64,000 nt of DNA, from the NCBI GenBank assembly GCA_963748395.1, contig CAVVIP010000002.1:97267-161266 (forward strand). Direction: 5' to 3'. The notes beneath the pieces are model-generated. The model had not been told where the DNA came from and did not search any database. It saw only the letters and a program-made list of their open reading frames with translations. The stretch comes from an uncultured Acidobacteriota bacterium. Its GTDB lineage: Bacteria; Acidobacteriota; Terriglobia; Acidiferrales; UBA7541. Positions 8,970-19,294 of this stretch are shown here, piece after piece. Numbering within the stretch: position 1 is the stretch's first letter; each line of letters opens with the position of its first letter. The translations under genes were made by a program, and so were the position numbers.

Positions 8970-10109
8970 CTATTCTTGGGTTTCGTCGTGCTCCGCTGCG
9001 GCGGATGGATGTTCTGGAAGCTGGATCGGTTCGCGGGGCGGCGTGCCGTCTGGGGCGGCGCGGAGATATTGGACTGGCCAGCTTACGGGAAAACCGAGGT
9101 CGCGTGCGACGGCGAGTGGCCAGTACGGTTGGCGGAGAAATTCGCGGGCGAGGATTACCACATCGGCTTTGTCGCCGTTCAGGATGGCATCGGCCTGGCT
9201 GGCATTGGTGATCATGCCGACCGCGCCAGTGAGAATTCCGGTGCGCTGGCGAATCTGGTCGGCAAATGGAACCTGGTAGCCGGGGCCGACAGGAATTTGC
9301 GCTCCCGGAACCAGGCCGCCCGAGGAGCAATCAATGAGATCCACGCCGAGCGGGCCGAGAAGTTCGGCAAGCGCGACGGATTGCTCGAGGTCCCAGCCGC
9401 CAGGAGCCCAATCAGTGGCGGAGATGCGCACGAACAGAGGATAGCCCACGGGCCAGACGCGGCGCACGGCGGTGACGACTTCGCGGAGGAGGCGCGTGCG
9501 ATTTTCGAAGGAGCCGCCGTAGGAATCGGTGCGCTGATTTGAGAGTGGTGAAAGGAATTCGTGGAGCAGGTAGCCGTGGGCGGAGTGGATTTCGATTACT
9601 TTGAAACCGGCTTGCAGAGCGCGAACCGCCGCAGCGGCGAAATCTTTGATAACGCCTTGAATTCCAGCGACGTCGAGCGCGACAGGCTTGGCGTACGTAT
9701 CAGAAAAGGGGATGGCGCTGGGCGCGACGGGTTTCCAGCCGCCTTGGGATTCGGGGACGAAGCCGCCATGCTGCCAGGGCGGAGGCGTGCTGGCCTTGCG
9801 TCCGGCGTGGGCGAGCTGAATGCCGGGCACGGTTCCCTGTCCTAAGAGGAATTGGGTGATACGCGAGAGGAAAGCAATGTGGTCGTCTTTCCAAATGCCC
9901 AGATCTTGTGGGCTGATGCGGCCCTCGGCGGATACCGCGCAGGCTTCGGTGAAGATCAGCGAGGCGCCGCCGACGGCGCGACTGCCGAGATGGACAAGGT
10001 GCCAGTCGTTGGCGTAGCCATCGGTGCTGGAATACTGGCACATGGGAGAGACGACGATGCGATTGCGGAGGAGGACATCGCGAATCTGCAATTCATCGAA
10101 TAGGTTCAT
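8970..10109 (-). CDS. NADH:flavin oxidoreductase, Old Yellow Enzyme family (YqjM-like)
   Basis: RNRIVVSPMCQYS..., HLGSRAVGGASLIFTEA, IEIHSAHGYLLHEFLSPLSNQRTDSYGGS are characteristic OYE motifs. Confidence 0.9.
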   Translation of the reverse strand: MNLFDELQIRDVLLRNRIVVSPMCQYSSTDGYANDWHLVHLGSRAVGGASLIFTEACAVSAEGRISPQDLGIWKDDHIAFLSRITQFLLGQGTVPGIQLAHAGRKASTPPPWQHGGFVPESQGGWKPVAPSAIPFSDTYAKPVALDVAGIQGVIKDFAAAAVRALQAGFKVIEIHSAHGYLLHEFLSPLSNQRTDSYGGSFENRTRLLREVVTAVRRVWPVGYPLFVRISATDWAPGGWDLEQSVALAELLGPLGVDLIDCSSGGLVPGAQIPVGPGYQVPFADQIRQRTGILTGAVGMITNASQADAILNGDKADVVILAREFLRQPYWPLAVARDLGFPVSWPVQYLRAAPDGTPPREPIQLPEHPSAAAEHDETQE

Positions 10110-10260
10110 GGGTGATTGGATGTCGGACGAAACGAAAAAGTAGCAGGAGATGGCGATAGCACGCGAACATGAGTGTTTGCCGGGCGAAAGAGCGGCATGT
10201 CCACTGACCGAGCGTCACGGTCGCCCGATGTCTTCCGTGCGTTGCAGGTTCTGTGTGAAG

Positions 10261-10974
10261 CTAGAATTTGAAGACGATGCCCGCTGAAGCCTTCGGGCTG
10301 TATTGATAGGTGCTGAAATAGCGCGAGCACATGGCGTCTGCGCCCAGACGAATTGCCCAGCGAGGCTTAAACGGCAGGTCAACACCGCCGCCGAGCTCAA
10401 AAGCAAAAGCATGCTGAACACCGGCGTATGTCTGCGGCGTGAAGTGGGAATAACCGGCCAACGCATGCGCCCAAACCTCAATGCCCTTGGGCGCGGACCA
10501 GCGGAAGCGCGGACCACCGCCGCCAAACAGGAACCAGGAACTTACGTTGTCCTGACTGCCATGGGTGGCCGCGAACTCGCCGTCCACTCCAAACCAGTCC
10601 TTGAAATAATAGACCATGCTGTAATTGAATCCGTTCATGTTCTCTGTGATGTGCGGCAGTTCGAAGAAATGCAAATATGTGTAACCGAAGTAGGCCTGCC
10701 AGCTGTAGCTTTCGAACACGCTGGTGACGTCCTGCGGAGCGGCGGGCATCAATGAGAGAGGCGTGGACGAGGCCAAGGTCCCGGGAGGCGTGGGAGCCGG
10801 GACGGGAGAGAACGGCGTAAGGGATATACCGGGAGCTGTTGCTGGGGTGCTCGTTGCTGCGGGCACGGAAAAGTAGGATGCGGGCAGCAACACCGAATCG
10901 GGGTTAGTCGTCTGTGCGCCGGCGCTAATGGATAAAAGTAAAACTAGACCGAGTAAGAAAGCGAAGTATCGCAT
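10261..10974 (-). CDS. outer-membrane beta-barrel protein (OmpA-like barrel/porin family)
   Basis: Signal peptide MRYFAFLLGLVLLLSISAGAQ. Alternating aromatic/Gly beta-strand pattern. C-terminal ...SAGIVFKF with terminal Phe typical of OMPs. Confidence 0.75.
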   Translation of the reverse strand: MRYFAFLLGLVLLLSISAGAQTTNPDSVLLPASYFSVPAATSTPATAPGISLTPFSPVPAPTPPGTLASSTPLSLMPAAPQDVTSVFESYSWQAYFGYTYLHFFELPHITENMNGFNYSMVYYFKDWFGVDGEFAATHGSQDNVSSWFLFGGGGPRFRWSAPKGIEVWAHALAGYSHFTPQTYAGVQHAFAFELGGGVDLPFKPRWAIRLGADAMCSRYFSTYQYSPKASAGIVFKF

Positions 10975-11236
10975 AGCGTATTTCCCCCAGATGACGAAAA
11001 AGCGTCAAAGGTACCCCCATAATTTGACCGAGAAGGGGTGCTCATGTCCACTCTAAATTCGCGCAGGGGGCGAAGATGCCAGTGAAATAGGAGGGGGCGA
11101 TTCTGAATAGTTTCTAATGTTGCGGGCGGATCGGAGGACGAAAGGCGCTCGCACCAAGCAGAGCGGCGGTATTAGTGATATAAGTCTGGTCCGCGAGGCA
11201 AACCTTGGCGCTCCGCGCCGAAGCCGGGAGATTCCT

Positions 11237-12160
11237 GTGGCGGTGAAGATTCTATTTTTGCTGGAGTTTGCGTTGTGCGCGAGCGGATTAATCTCTCCGG
11301 CGGCGGCGCTGACACTGGGGCTGATTCTTGGATTGGGGTTCACGCATCCCTGGCAGACGGAATCGCGCACGGCGACGAAATATTTGCTCCAGGCATCGGT
11401 GGTGGGGCTGGGATTCGGCATGAATCTGCACGAAGTGTTGCGCGCGGGCCGCAGCGGCTTCGTGTACACGGCAGTGAGCATTGCGTTCGCGCTGACGGCA
11501 GGGCTGCTGGCGGGCCGGATGCTGGGGGTGAACAAGACGGCTTCGATTTTGATCACCGTGGGAACGGCGATTTGTGGCGGGAGCGCGATTGCGGCGGTCG
11601 CGCCGATTATTCATGCGGATCAGGAAGAAACGGCGGTGTCGCTGGGAACGGTTTTCGTTTTGAATGCCATTGCGCTGCTGATTTTTCCTCCGCTGGGCTG
11701 GCTGCTGCATTTATCGCAACAGCAATTTGGATTGTGGGCGGCGCTGGCGATCCACGATACGAGCTCGGTGGTGGGGGCGACGGCGCGTTACGGCGCAGTG
11801 GCGCTGGTAGTGGGGACGACCGTGAAATTGACGCGCGCGTTGTGGATCGTGCCGGTTTCGGTGGGCGCGGCGGTGATGAAGCGTTCGGACAGCCGGATAC
11901 AGTGGCCGTGGTTCATTGCGCTGTTCTGTCTGGCAGCGGTGGCGAATAGTTACTTGCCGCGACTCGCGGGCGCTTGGCATGTGCTGAGCGTGATGGGGAA
12001 ATTGGGGTTGACGGCTACGCTGTATTTGATCGGGACGGGAATCTCGCGTGCGACGGTGCGGCAGGTGGGCGTGCGTCCGATGCTGCAGGGCGTCTTGCTG
12101 TGGATTTTGGTGGGAGTCACTTCATTGTGGCTGATTCATGCCGGATGGATTGCGCTGTAA
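11237..12160 (+). CDS. YeiH/UPF0324 family membrane protein (putative sulfate exporter family transporter)
   Basis: Polytopic membrane protein. TVGTAICGGSAIAAVAPI and ALAIHDTSSVVG motifs recall the YeiH family. GTG 11237 follows GGGAG by 6 nt. The listed ORF (from 11117) adds an Arg/Lys-rich, probably untranslated 40 codons. Confidence 0.75.
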   Translation: MAVKILFLLEFALCASGLISPAAALTLGLILGLGFTHPWQTESRTATKYLLQASVVGLGFGMNLHEVLRAGRSGFVYTAVSIAFALTAGLLAGRMLGVNKTASILITVGTAICGGSAIAAVAPIIHADQEETAVSLGTVFVLNAIALLIFPPLGWLLHLSQQQFGLWAALAIHDTSSVVGATARYGAVALVVGTTVKLTRALWIVPVSVGAAVMKRSDSRIQWPWFIALFCLAAVANSYLPRLAGAWHVLSVMGKLGLTATLYLIGTGISRATVRQVGVRPMLQGVLLWILVGVTSLWLIHAGWIAL

Positions 12161-12220
12161 CACGGCCCTCGCTTCAAATTCACAGCCACGGCGACGCCTT
12201 CCGCATAGCACGGTGACTGT

Positions 12221-12457
12221 TCAGTCGCCGCTTTCGGGTGTTGGCGGCGGGACGCGGCTGGGCAGGAACGTGGAGTATAGAGCCACTACGGCGACGATGA
12301 TGTTCGCGACCATCACCGGTTTGGAATTGATCAGGACGCCGTAGGTCAGCCAGACGACCGCGCCGAGCGCCTGCATGATGCGGAGCGTTTTGTGATTGCG
12401 GAAAAAATAGGATGCGGTGACGAGGGCGGTGGCGAGCCAACCGATCGAGCTAATCAT
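12221..12457 (-). CDS. small membrane protein (about 3 TM; CBU_0592/YgjV-like)
   Basis: 78 aa. The ATG overlaps the HAD gene stop (ATGA, 12454..12457), which implies translational coupling. [15 protein letters not shown]...[14 protein letters not shown] pattern. Confidence 0.6.
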   Translation of the reverse strand: MISSIGWLATALVTASYFFRNHKTLRIMQALGAVVWLTYGVLINSKPVMVANIIVAVVALYSTFLPSRVPPPTPESGD

Positions 12458-13299
12458 ATCGCAGGTCCCTCCGAGGAGCGCGCTTCGACCGCATCTTCAT
12501 TTGCGGGCCGCAAGGTGAGCCAGTCGGTGCGAACTTTGTCCCATTCCTGAATGAGAAAGCCATAGGATTCCAGGAACGTGCGGATTTGCGCGCGACCCTT
12601 GCCGACAATTTTTTCGAGGATGGGAACGAGAACGCCCAGAGCGCTGGTGCTGAGAATGGTGCGCTGCGCAATGTGGGAAACGTGTTTGGTTTCGGAGACA
12701 GCGATGGTGAATCCGTCGCGGGCGTTGATGTGCAGCATGACGTGAATATCCGAACTGCCGTCGCCGGCGTAGACTACGTGGTCCGGACCGATTTTCATGG
12801 CGGCCTGGAGTTCGTCGAGGAATGCGACTTTGCCATAGCCGGCGGTGGCGCGGACGATGGTGTCAATTTCTCCGGTACTTTTGTATTTGAATTCCGTGCC
12901 ATGAATGCGATCACGGGGCAAAATTCCTTCCAGCGCAGACTGGATTACCTCCACGGGCGCGGCAGAGAGTACGTAGAAATCGAAGTGATAGCCCTGAATG
13001 CCGTGGTCGAGAATCTCGTTGAGCAGACCAATATTGGCTTTCAGGCGGATTTGCTTGCCTACCTGGATCAAGTGCTCTTTGCGGACGCGCGATCGGAATT
13101 CGGGATCGTGGAGCAGCAAGTAGGCAAGTTCGGCGCCCTGCTGGACGAGGTTGAGCTTGGCCATGCCCTCGGCCTTGCGTTCAAATTCCTCGGTGGGAAT
13201 TCCGACAATCTCGCTGAGGACGTAACCAGAATCGTTGAACGTGAGAGTCTGATCGAAATCACTGACGAATAAGTAAGATTTAAGTGCGGCATCGCTCAT
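12454..13299 (-). CDS. HAD-superfamily hydrolase (HAD-IB, phosphoserine-phosphatase-like)
   Basis: Motif [11 protein letters not shown] (DxDxT) and motif [13 protein letters not shown]. 281 aa. Confidence 0.8.
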   Translation of the reverse strand: MSDAALKSYLFVSDFDQTLTFNDSGYVLSEIVGIPTEEFERKAEGMAKLNLVQQGAELAYLLLHDPEFRSRVRKEHLIQVGKQIRLKANIGLLNEILDHGIQGYHFDFYVLSAAPVEVIQSALEGILPRDRIHGTEFKYKSTGEIDTIVRATAGYGKVAFLDELQAAMKIGPDHVVYAGDGSSDIHVMLHINARDGFTIAVSETKHVSHIAQRTILSTSALGVLVPILEKIVGKGRAQIRTFLESYGFLIQEWDKVRTDWLTLRPANEDAVEARSSEGPAI

Positions 13300-13518
13300 G
13301 AAAGTAATTTACCTCCGGCAGACTTTGCTGGTTGCTATTACTACAGTTTACATCAGATTGATGCTGCGATCACCGTGGGCGGACGCACGAATGGAACACA
13401 TCAGTAAGATGAATTTGCAAGTTGCGACGAGGTTTCGCGGGGCTCGAGGCGTTTACGCAGCGACGGTGATGCCGCGCTTGCCTGAGGCACGATGTATAGT
13501 ATTGGCGAGGAAAATCGA

Positions 13519-14223
13519 ATGAACTACCCGCCCGGATTTCGGCGCGCCCTTCCTGGAACGCAGCCGGAATATTTGCACCCGAAGTATGCGTCGTCGCTGA
13601 AACGCGCGCCTGCGAAGCCGCTCGTTTATTTGCCACACACGCTTTCGGAGATTACGGGACCGGTGTTCGCGCCCGAAACCGTGAATGTGAAGGCTTGTGA
13701 CTTGACGCGGCAACATTCCGGCGAGCCGTTGGGGGAGCGCATCATCGTGAGCGGGCGCGTGCTGGACGAGGACGGAAGGCCGGTACGGAAAACGCTGGTG
13801 GAGGTGTGGCAGGCCAACGCGGCGGGACGCTACCGGCACAAAGTAGATCAGCACCAGGCTCCGCTGGACCCCAATTTCAGCGGCCACGGCTACGCGATGA
13901 CGGACAGCGAAGGCAGTTATCGCTTCATAACCGTGCGGCCCGGAGAATATCCGTGGGGCAATCATCACAACGCGTGGCGGCCGGCACACGTACATTTTTC
14001 GGTGTTCGGTCCGGCGTTCGCGACGCGTTTGGTAACGCAGATGTATTTTCCCGGCGATCCGCTGCTGCTGTTTGATCCGATTTATAACTGCACGGCGGAT
14101 GAATCGGCGCGGCAGCGGCTGATTTCAGTTTTCGATTGGGAAAGCACGATTCCGGGGCACGCGCTGGGATATAAGTTCGACATAATTTTGAACGGCCGCG
14201 AAGCGACGCCGATGGAGAAATAG
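13519..14223 (+). CDS. pcaH: protocatechuate 3,4-dioxygenase beta subunit
   Basis: RIIVSGRVLDEDGRPVRKTLVEVWQANAAGRYRHKVD and RPAHVHFSVFG are typical intradiol dioxygenase beta-chain motifs. ATG 13519 is preceded by GAGGAA. The listed ORF starts at 13492. Confidence 0.9.
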   Translation: MNYPPGFRRALPGTQPEYLHPKYASSLKRAPAKPLVYLPHTLSEITGPVFAPETVNVKACDLTRQHSGEPLGERIIVSGRVLDEDGRPVRKTLVEVWQANAAGRYRHKVDQHQAPLDPNFSGHGYAMTDSEGSYRFITVRPGEYPWGNHHNAWRPAHVHFSVFGPAFATRLVTQMYFPGDPLLLFDPIYNCTADESARQRLISVFDWESTIPGHALGYKFDIILNGREATPMEK

Positions 14224-14793
14224 ATGACGCTGCGCGCAACTACATCGCAGACAGTGGGCCCGTTCTTCAGCATCGGGTTGGACCGGTTGAATTGCGCGGA
14301 GTTGGCGGGTCCCGGCATTGCGGGCGAGCGCGTGACGATCGAGGGGCGCGTGCTGGATGCTGACGGTGTGGGAGTGCCGGACGCCGTCATCGAACTGTGG
14401 CAGGCCGATTCGCACGGGAGATACGCGCAGGCGGACGATTCTCAGGAGAAGCCTGTGGAGGCTGGATTTCAGGGCTTCGCGCGAATTCCGACCGATGAGG
14501 ATGGAAAATTTCGTTTCACCACGATAAAGCCGGGAGCGGTGCCGGGTCCTGACGGAAAAATGCAGGCGCCGCACATTGCGGTATCGGTGTTCATGCGGGG
14601 ATTGCTGCGGCGAGTGGTGACGCGGATTTATTTTCCGGATGAGATGGGGAATGCCGGGGATTTTGCGCTGAATTTGGTGGAGGCGGAACGGCGCGGGACT
14701 TTGATTGCGCGGAAGGCGCCGGGGCTGGATGGACTGCTGAAGTGGGATGTAGTTATGCAGGGGCCGGGTGAAACTGTCTTTTTCGATTGTTGA
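14224..14793 (+). CDS. pcaG: protocatechuate 3,4-dioxygenase alpha subunit
   Basis: Starts immediately after the pcaH stop. TVGPFFSIGL..., RVTIEGRVLDADGVGVPDAVIELWQADSHGRY, APHIAVSVFMRGLL. Confidence 0.9.
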   Translation: MTLRATTSQTVGPFFSIGLDRLNCAELAGPGIAGERVTIEGRVLDADGVGVPDAVIELWQADSHGRYAQADDSQEKPVEAGFQGFARIPTDEDGKFRFTTIKPGAVPGPDGKMQAPHIAVSVFMRGLLRRVVTRIYFPDEMGNAGDFALNLVEAERRGTLIARKAPGLDGLLKWDVVMQGPGETVFFDC

Positions 14794-14971
14794 ATATTTC
14801 CGATTTGAAGCTTTCGTGGCGGCGACGAGCGCTGGATTCCAGCATCTGGCACTCGGTACATAAATTTGCCGCCGTCAGGTATTCACGGTAGAGCAGGCCG
14901 ACATGCGTTCGGGCTAGTATGAGCGCGATGATAAGGCATGGGAACGAACGGAGAGGATCGGCCAGAGCTTG

Positions 14972-16525
14972 ATGCGGAAATGGATCATCGCCGGAGTCGT
15001 TGTCGTATTGCTGCTGGTTGTCGCGGCGACGTTGTTGCTGGGACCGACGATGCACAGCTTCGTTCGCGCACGAACACAGAAAGTACTGGAAACGCATTTC
15101 GCGAGCACGGTGGAGTTTTCGGACTTCGACGTTACCTTTTTTCCGCGGCTGCATGTGACTATCACCGGGCTGGTACTGCGCCACAACGGACGCACCGACA
15201 TTCCGCCGCTGATCCAGATACAGAAGGTTTCGATGTACGCGCAACTCGCGGGCTTGCTGCAGCCCCGGCCGTACATTTCTTTCGTGCAGCTGGACGGCTT
15301 GCAGATTCACACGCCGCCGCGCGTGCCGGGCGGAGAGCCGCTGATCCGGAAAACGGATCAGGACCTGGCAAAGAAATATCCGGTGTTGATTGGCGAAGTT
15401 CATGCGGACGATGCGAGCATCGAAGTGCTGCGTGCGCAAAACGACAAACCCCCGCGAGAATTCCCGATTCATCATCTGGATCTTCACGATGTCAGTTTCG
15501 ATCGCCCGGCGAAATTCCACGCCCTGTTGACGAACGCCCTGCCTAAGGGCGAGATCGATTCCACCGGCGAATTCGGGCCTTGGGAGGCGGGAGAGCCGAG
15601 TGCGACTCCGGCACAGGGCCACTATACTTTCGAGAATGCGGACCTGGGCACGCTGAAGGGGTTGCGAGGAATTCTTTCTTCGAAAGGACAATTTACCGGG
15701 CCGCTGGATTATTTGTCGGTGGATGGTTATACGGATACGCCCGACTTCGGCCTGCGCACCACTGGGCATCCAATAGCGCTGCACACGGATTTTTCGGCGC
15801 TGGTGGATGGCACCAACGGGGACGTAGTGCTGAAGAATGTGACGGCGAAATTTCTGCACACCACGCTGGTGGTGAGCGGCAAAATCGTGGACGTCAGCAA
15901 GAGCGTGAAAGGACGCTCGATCCTGCTGAATGCTGCCGCCGACAGGGCGCGGATCGAAGACCTGCTGCGCCTAACTGTAAACTCCGACGAGCCGCTGATG
16001 ACGGGCGCCGCAACGCTCAAGACGACGATCGACATTCCCGAGGGGGAAGGCGACGTGCTCGAGCGGATGAAACTCGAGGGGCAATTCGGCGTGGGTCAAG
16101 CGGAATTCAGCAACGCCAACTTTCAAGACAAAGTGGATACGCTCAGCAGGAAGGGCCGGGGAAAACCGGAGGATATGGAAATCAACGATGTGGCTTCCGA
16201 ACTCCGTGGACAGTTCAGGCTGAGCGGTGGCGTTGTGACGTTTTCCAATTTGAGTTTTGCGGTCACCGGGGCGTCCGTGCACTTGAATGGGACCTACAAC
16301 CTCGATAGCACTGAGATGAATTTTCACGGAAAACTATTGATGCAGGCCAAGCTGTCACAGACCACGACGGGCGCAAAATCCTTCTTTCTGAAGGCCGTGG
16401 ACCCGTTCTTCAAGGGCAAGAACGGCGGAACGGAACTACCTATCCAGATCACCGGCACGAAAGACCATCCAACATTTGGCCTCGATACGGGCGGTAGCAG
16501 CAAAAAGACGTCGGCCGCGCAGTAG
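14972..16525 (+). CDS. AsmA-like / DUF748-type envelope protein
   Basis: N-terminal TM anchor (WIIAGVVVVLLLVVAATLLL) followed by a long beta-rich region of AsmA-like composition. Weak family call. Confidence 0.7.
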   Translation: MRKWIIAGVVVVLLLVVAATLLLGPTMHSFVRARTQKVLETHFASTVEFSDFDVTFFPRLHVTITGLVLRHNGRTDIPPLIQIQKVSMYAQLAGLLQPRPYISFVQLDGLQIHTPPRVPGGEPLIRKTDQDLAKKYPVLIGEVHADDASIEVLRAQNDKPPREFPIHHLDLHDVSFDRPAKFHALLTNALPKGEIDSTGEFGPWEAGEPSATPAQGHYTFENADLGTLKGLRGILSSKGQFTGPLDYLSVDGYTDTPDFGLRTTGHPIALHTDFSALVDGTNGDVVLKNVTAKFLHTTLVVSGKIVDVSKSVKGRSILLNAAADRARIEDLLRLTVNSDEPLMTGAATLKTTIDIPEGEGDVLERMKLEGQFGVGQAEFSNANFQDKVDTLSRKGRGKPEDMEINDVASELRGQFRLSGGVVTFSNLSFAVTGASVHLNGTYNLDSTEMNFHGKLLMQAKLSQTTTGAKSFFLKAVDPFFKGKNGGTELPIQITGTKDHPTFGLDTGGSSKKTSAAQ

Positions 16526-16799
16526 GGCGGATATTCCCTCGCAGCACGTTCTCCACGCTTCATAGCTCACGCATATGAGATGTAAGAAATCGAGTCTGCC
16601 GAGCGCATCCCTCTCTTCCGCCCGAGGTTTTTTCTTCAATAAAAACAAGAATGTTCTGGCATGTGCGCCGCAATGGCATGAGAATGCAACGGCTCTGAAA
16701 CGCAGCTTCCTCGGCGTGCGTCGGTAGTGGGGTGCTTGCTGATTATCTGCGCGGCATTTGCCGTTCGAGATCGCGATTTCAATTCAGGAGAAACTTTTA

Positions 16800-19097
16800 A
16801 TGCCTTTGCGCTCGATGTGCTGCTCGCTGCTCACGATTGGCGCGTTGCTTTCGGCCCAAATCAGCTCGGGGCAGAATACGGACACGCAGAATTCTTCGAC
16901 GATTGCGGGATACAGCCGAACCGCTTCTGCGCAGGAAAGTGTGCTCGAGAAAAAGTTTCAAGACGGCATCGTGCCCGGAAACATTCGCGAGAACATGCGG
17001 CGCTTGAGCGCGCGTCCCCACCATGTGGGCTCGCCCTACGATAAGGACAACGCCGAGTGGATTTTGGCGCGATTTCAGGAGTGGGGCTTCGACGCGCACA
17101 TCGAAACGTTCAGCGTATTGTTCCCCACCCCGAAAGAACGTGTTGTCGAATTGGTGGAACCCACGCAATTCCGCGCGAAGCTGCAGGAACCCATCGTGCC
17201 GATCGATCCAACCAGCAACCAGACTGCTGAGCAGCTGCCCACGTACAACGCGTATTCCGCGGATGGAGACGTGACCGCACCGCTGGTGTATGTGAACTAC
17301 GGGATCCGCGAAGATTACGAGCAGCTCGATCGTATGGGAATTTCGGTGAAGGGCGCCATCGTGATCGCGCGATACGGTTCCGGGTGGCGCGGCACAAAAC
17401 CCAAAGTTGCCGCGGAGCATGGCGCGATCGGTTGCATCATCTACTCAGACCCGCGCGGAGACGGATATTTCAACGGCGACGATTATCCCGCGGGAGGGTG
17501 GCGGCCGCGCGAAGGCGTGCAACGCGGAAGCGTGATGGATACGGATTATCCCGGCGATCCGTTGACGCCGGGCGTTGGCGCCACGCCGGATGCAAAACGC
17601 CTGGCTATCAAAGACGCCAAGACCATTACGAAAATTCCGGTGCAGCCAATTTCCTACGCCGACGCGCTGCCCTTGCTTTCCGCGCTGCAGGGTCCGGTGG
17701 CGCCGGAAAGCTGGCGTGGTGGGCTGGGCATCACGTACCACGTCGGTCCTGGGCCAGCTAAAGTTCATCTGAAAGTCGCGTCCAACTGGGACATGAAAAC
17801 AATTTACGACGTGATCGGCACGCTGCATGGGGGCAACGACGCGGGCCAGTGGGTAATCCGCGGCAATCATTTCGATGCGTGGGTGAACGGGGCCGAGGAT
17901 CCAATTTCCGGCCAGGCGGAAATGCTGGAAGAAGCGCGCATGCTGGGCGAACTGCACAAGCAGGGCTGGACACCGAAACGGACCATCATTTATTGCGCAT
18001 GGGATGGAGAAGAGCCTGGCCTACTCGGTTCCGTGGAATGGGTGGAAACTCATTTGGCGGAGCTGCAACAGCACGCGGTCGCCTATCTCAATTCCGACAG
18101 CAACGAACGAGGCCAGTTTGGCGCGGGTGGCACGCAGGACTTGCAGGAAGTAATCAGCGGCGTGGCGCGCGATGTTCAAGATCCGGAAACGCACTTGTCA
18201 GTATTTCAGCGCGCGCATCTGGTAGCTATCGGTGAAGCGAAGGATGCCGATGAACGCGCGGAAGCACGCAAGCGCAGCGATCTGCGAATTTCTGCCCTGG
18301 GAGACGGATCGGACTATACCGCCTTTCAGGATTTCGCCGGAATTTCCACGCTCGATCTGGGATTTGGCGGCGAGGACGACGGCGATCAGTACCACTCCAT
18401 TTACGACGACTTTTACTGGTACACGCATTTCGTAGACACCGACTTTTCATACGGCCGCGCACTGGCGCAAACAGCCGGCACAGCGGTGCTGCGTTTGGCC
18501 GGCGCGGAGGTGATTCCGATGGACTACGCACCGCAAGCGGAAGCCATCGCGAAATACGAAACGGAATTGGAAAAGCAGCTCAAAGACAAGCAGGACGAGA
18601 TCACCGAGCGCAATCTGGAACTGCAGGAAGGCGTCTTCAAGGCGACGGCGGACCCACGCAAGACTTTCGTTCCACCGCCAACGGAAGCAGTCCCGCCGTA
18701 CATGAACTTCACGCCGATGAAAAATGCCGTCGAGACACTCAAGAAGAGCGCGGAGCGTTATTCCAAGGCGCTCGCGCAGTGGCAGGCTGCGGGTTCACCG
18801 GCGCTGGCTCCGCAGTCGCTGGAAACCCTGAATGCGGATTTGCTGCGAATTTCGCGATTGTTCCTGAATGAAAAGGGATTGCCGGAACGTCCTTGGTTCA
18901 AGAACCAGGTATACGCACCGGGCGCGTACACCGGGTACGGTGCGAAGACGGTGGCAGCGGTGCGCGAATACATGGACGAGAAAAAGTGGAAAGACGCGGA
19001 GGCGCAAATCCCGCAGGTCGCGCAAATAATCGAAAACGTGGCCGCCGGAATCAATAGAGCTGCCGACGATTTCGAAGCCGCGCTGCCGAAGAAGTAG
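16800..19097 (+). CDS. M28 family metallopeptidase, glutamate carboxypeptidase II (PSMA/NAALADase)-like with PA and transferrin-receptor-like dimerisation domains
   Basis: RGNHFDAWVNGAEDPISG..., CAWDGEEPGLLGSVEWVE zinc-ligand regions. C-terminal helical region typical of TFR-like dimerisation domains. ATG 16800 is preceded by AGGAG and gives a signal peptide. The listed ORF starts at 16758. Confidence 0.88.
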   Translation: MPLRSMCCSLLTIGALLSAQISSGQNTDTQNSSTIAGYSRTASAQESVLEKKFQDGIVPGNIRENMRRLSARPHHVGSPYDKDNAEWILARFQEWGFDAHIETFSVLFPTPKERVVELVEPTQFRAKLQEPIVPIDPTSNQTAEQLPTYNAYSADGDVTAPLVYVNYGIREDYEQLDRMGISVKGAIVIARYGSGWRGTKPKVAAEHGAIGCIIYSDPRGDGYFNGDDYPAGGWRPREGVQRGSVMDTDYPGDPLTPGVGATPDAKRLAIKDAKTITKIPVQPISYADALPLLSALQGPVAPESWRGGLGITYHVGPGPAKVHLKVASNWDMKTIYDVIGTLHGGNDAGQWVIRGNHFDAWVNGAEDPISGQAEMLEEARMLGELHKQGWTPKRTIIYCAWDGEEPGLLGSVEWVETHLAELQQHAVAYLNSDSNERGQFGAGGTQDLQEVISGVARDVQDPETHLSVFQRAHLVAIGEAKDADERAEARKRSDLRISALGDGSDYTAFQDFAGISTLDLGFGGEDDGDQYHSIYDDFYWYTHFVDTDFSYGRALAQTAGTAVLRLAGAEVIPMDYAPQAEAIAKYETELEKQLKDKQDEITERNLELQEGVFKATADPRKTFVPPPTEAVPPYMNFTPMKNAVETLKKSAERYSKALAQWQAAGSPALAPQSLETLNADLLRISRLFLNEKGLPERPWFKNQVYAPGAYTGYGAKTVAAVREYMDEKKWKDAEAQIPQVAQIIENVAAGINRAADDFEAALPKK

Positions 19098-19208
19098 CGA
19101 TTCTTGCAGCGACGGTCTCGCACGTGAAGTTTGGGCGCTGCGATAGCACCGGATCCGAGGTTCTCTGCAAGTCCGATGATTTTCTAATTTCGCCCCGAAA
19201 AAGTAGTA

Positions 19209-19254
19209 CGCGAGTGCGACCCCGCAACCAGCGTGCGGAACAATCGCACTCGCG
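19209..19254. terminator. nested hairpin between convergent genes
   Basis: CGCGAGTGCGA (19209..19219) pairs with TCGCACTCGCG (19244..19254). There is an inner CCGCA/TGCGG pairing. No clear U-tract. Confidence 0.35.
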
Positions 19255-19294
19255 CACTTCGCAACCCACGACGATGTTGAAAATTCCCAGCGTT

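Noticed and set aside
12221-12457. Calling the 78-aa membrane protein a SemiSWEET sugar transporter
   Set aside because: Only the size and three-helix layout fit. I could not see the PQ-loop signature. The call is left as a generic small membrane protein.
16657-16672. Sigma54-like -24/-12 match TGGCATG-TGCG-CCGCA upstream of the M28 peptidase gene
   Set aside because: It is a single by-eye match with CCGCA instead of TTGCA. No enhancer-binding protein or upstream activator sites are visible. Chance occurrence is plausible in GC-rich DNA.
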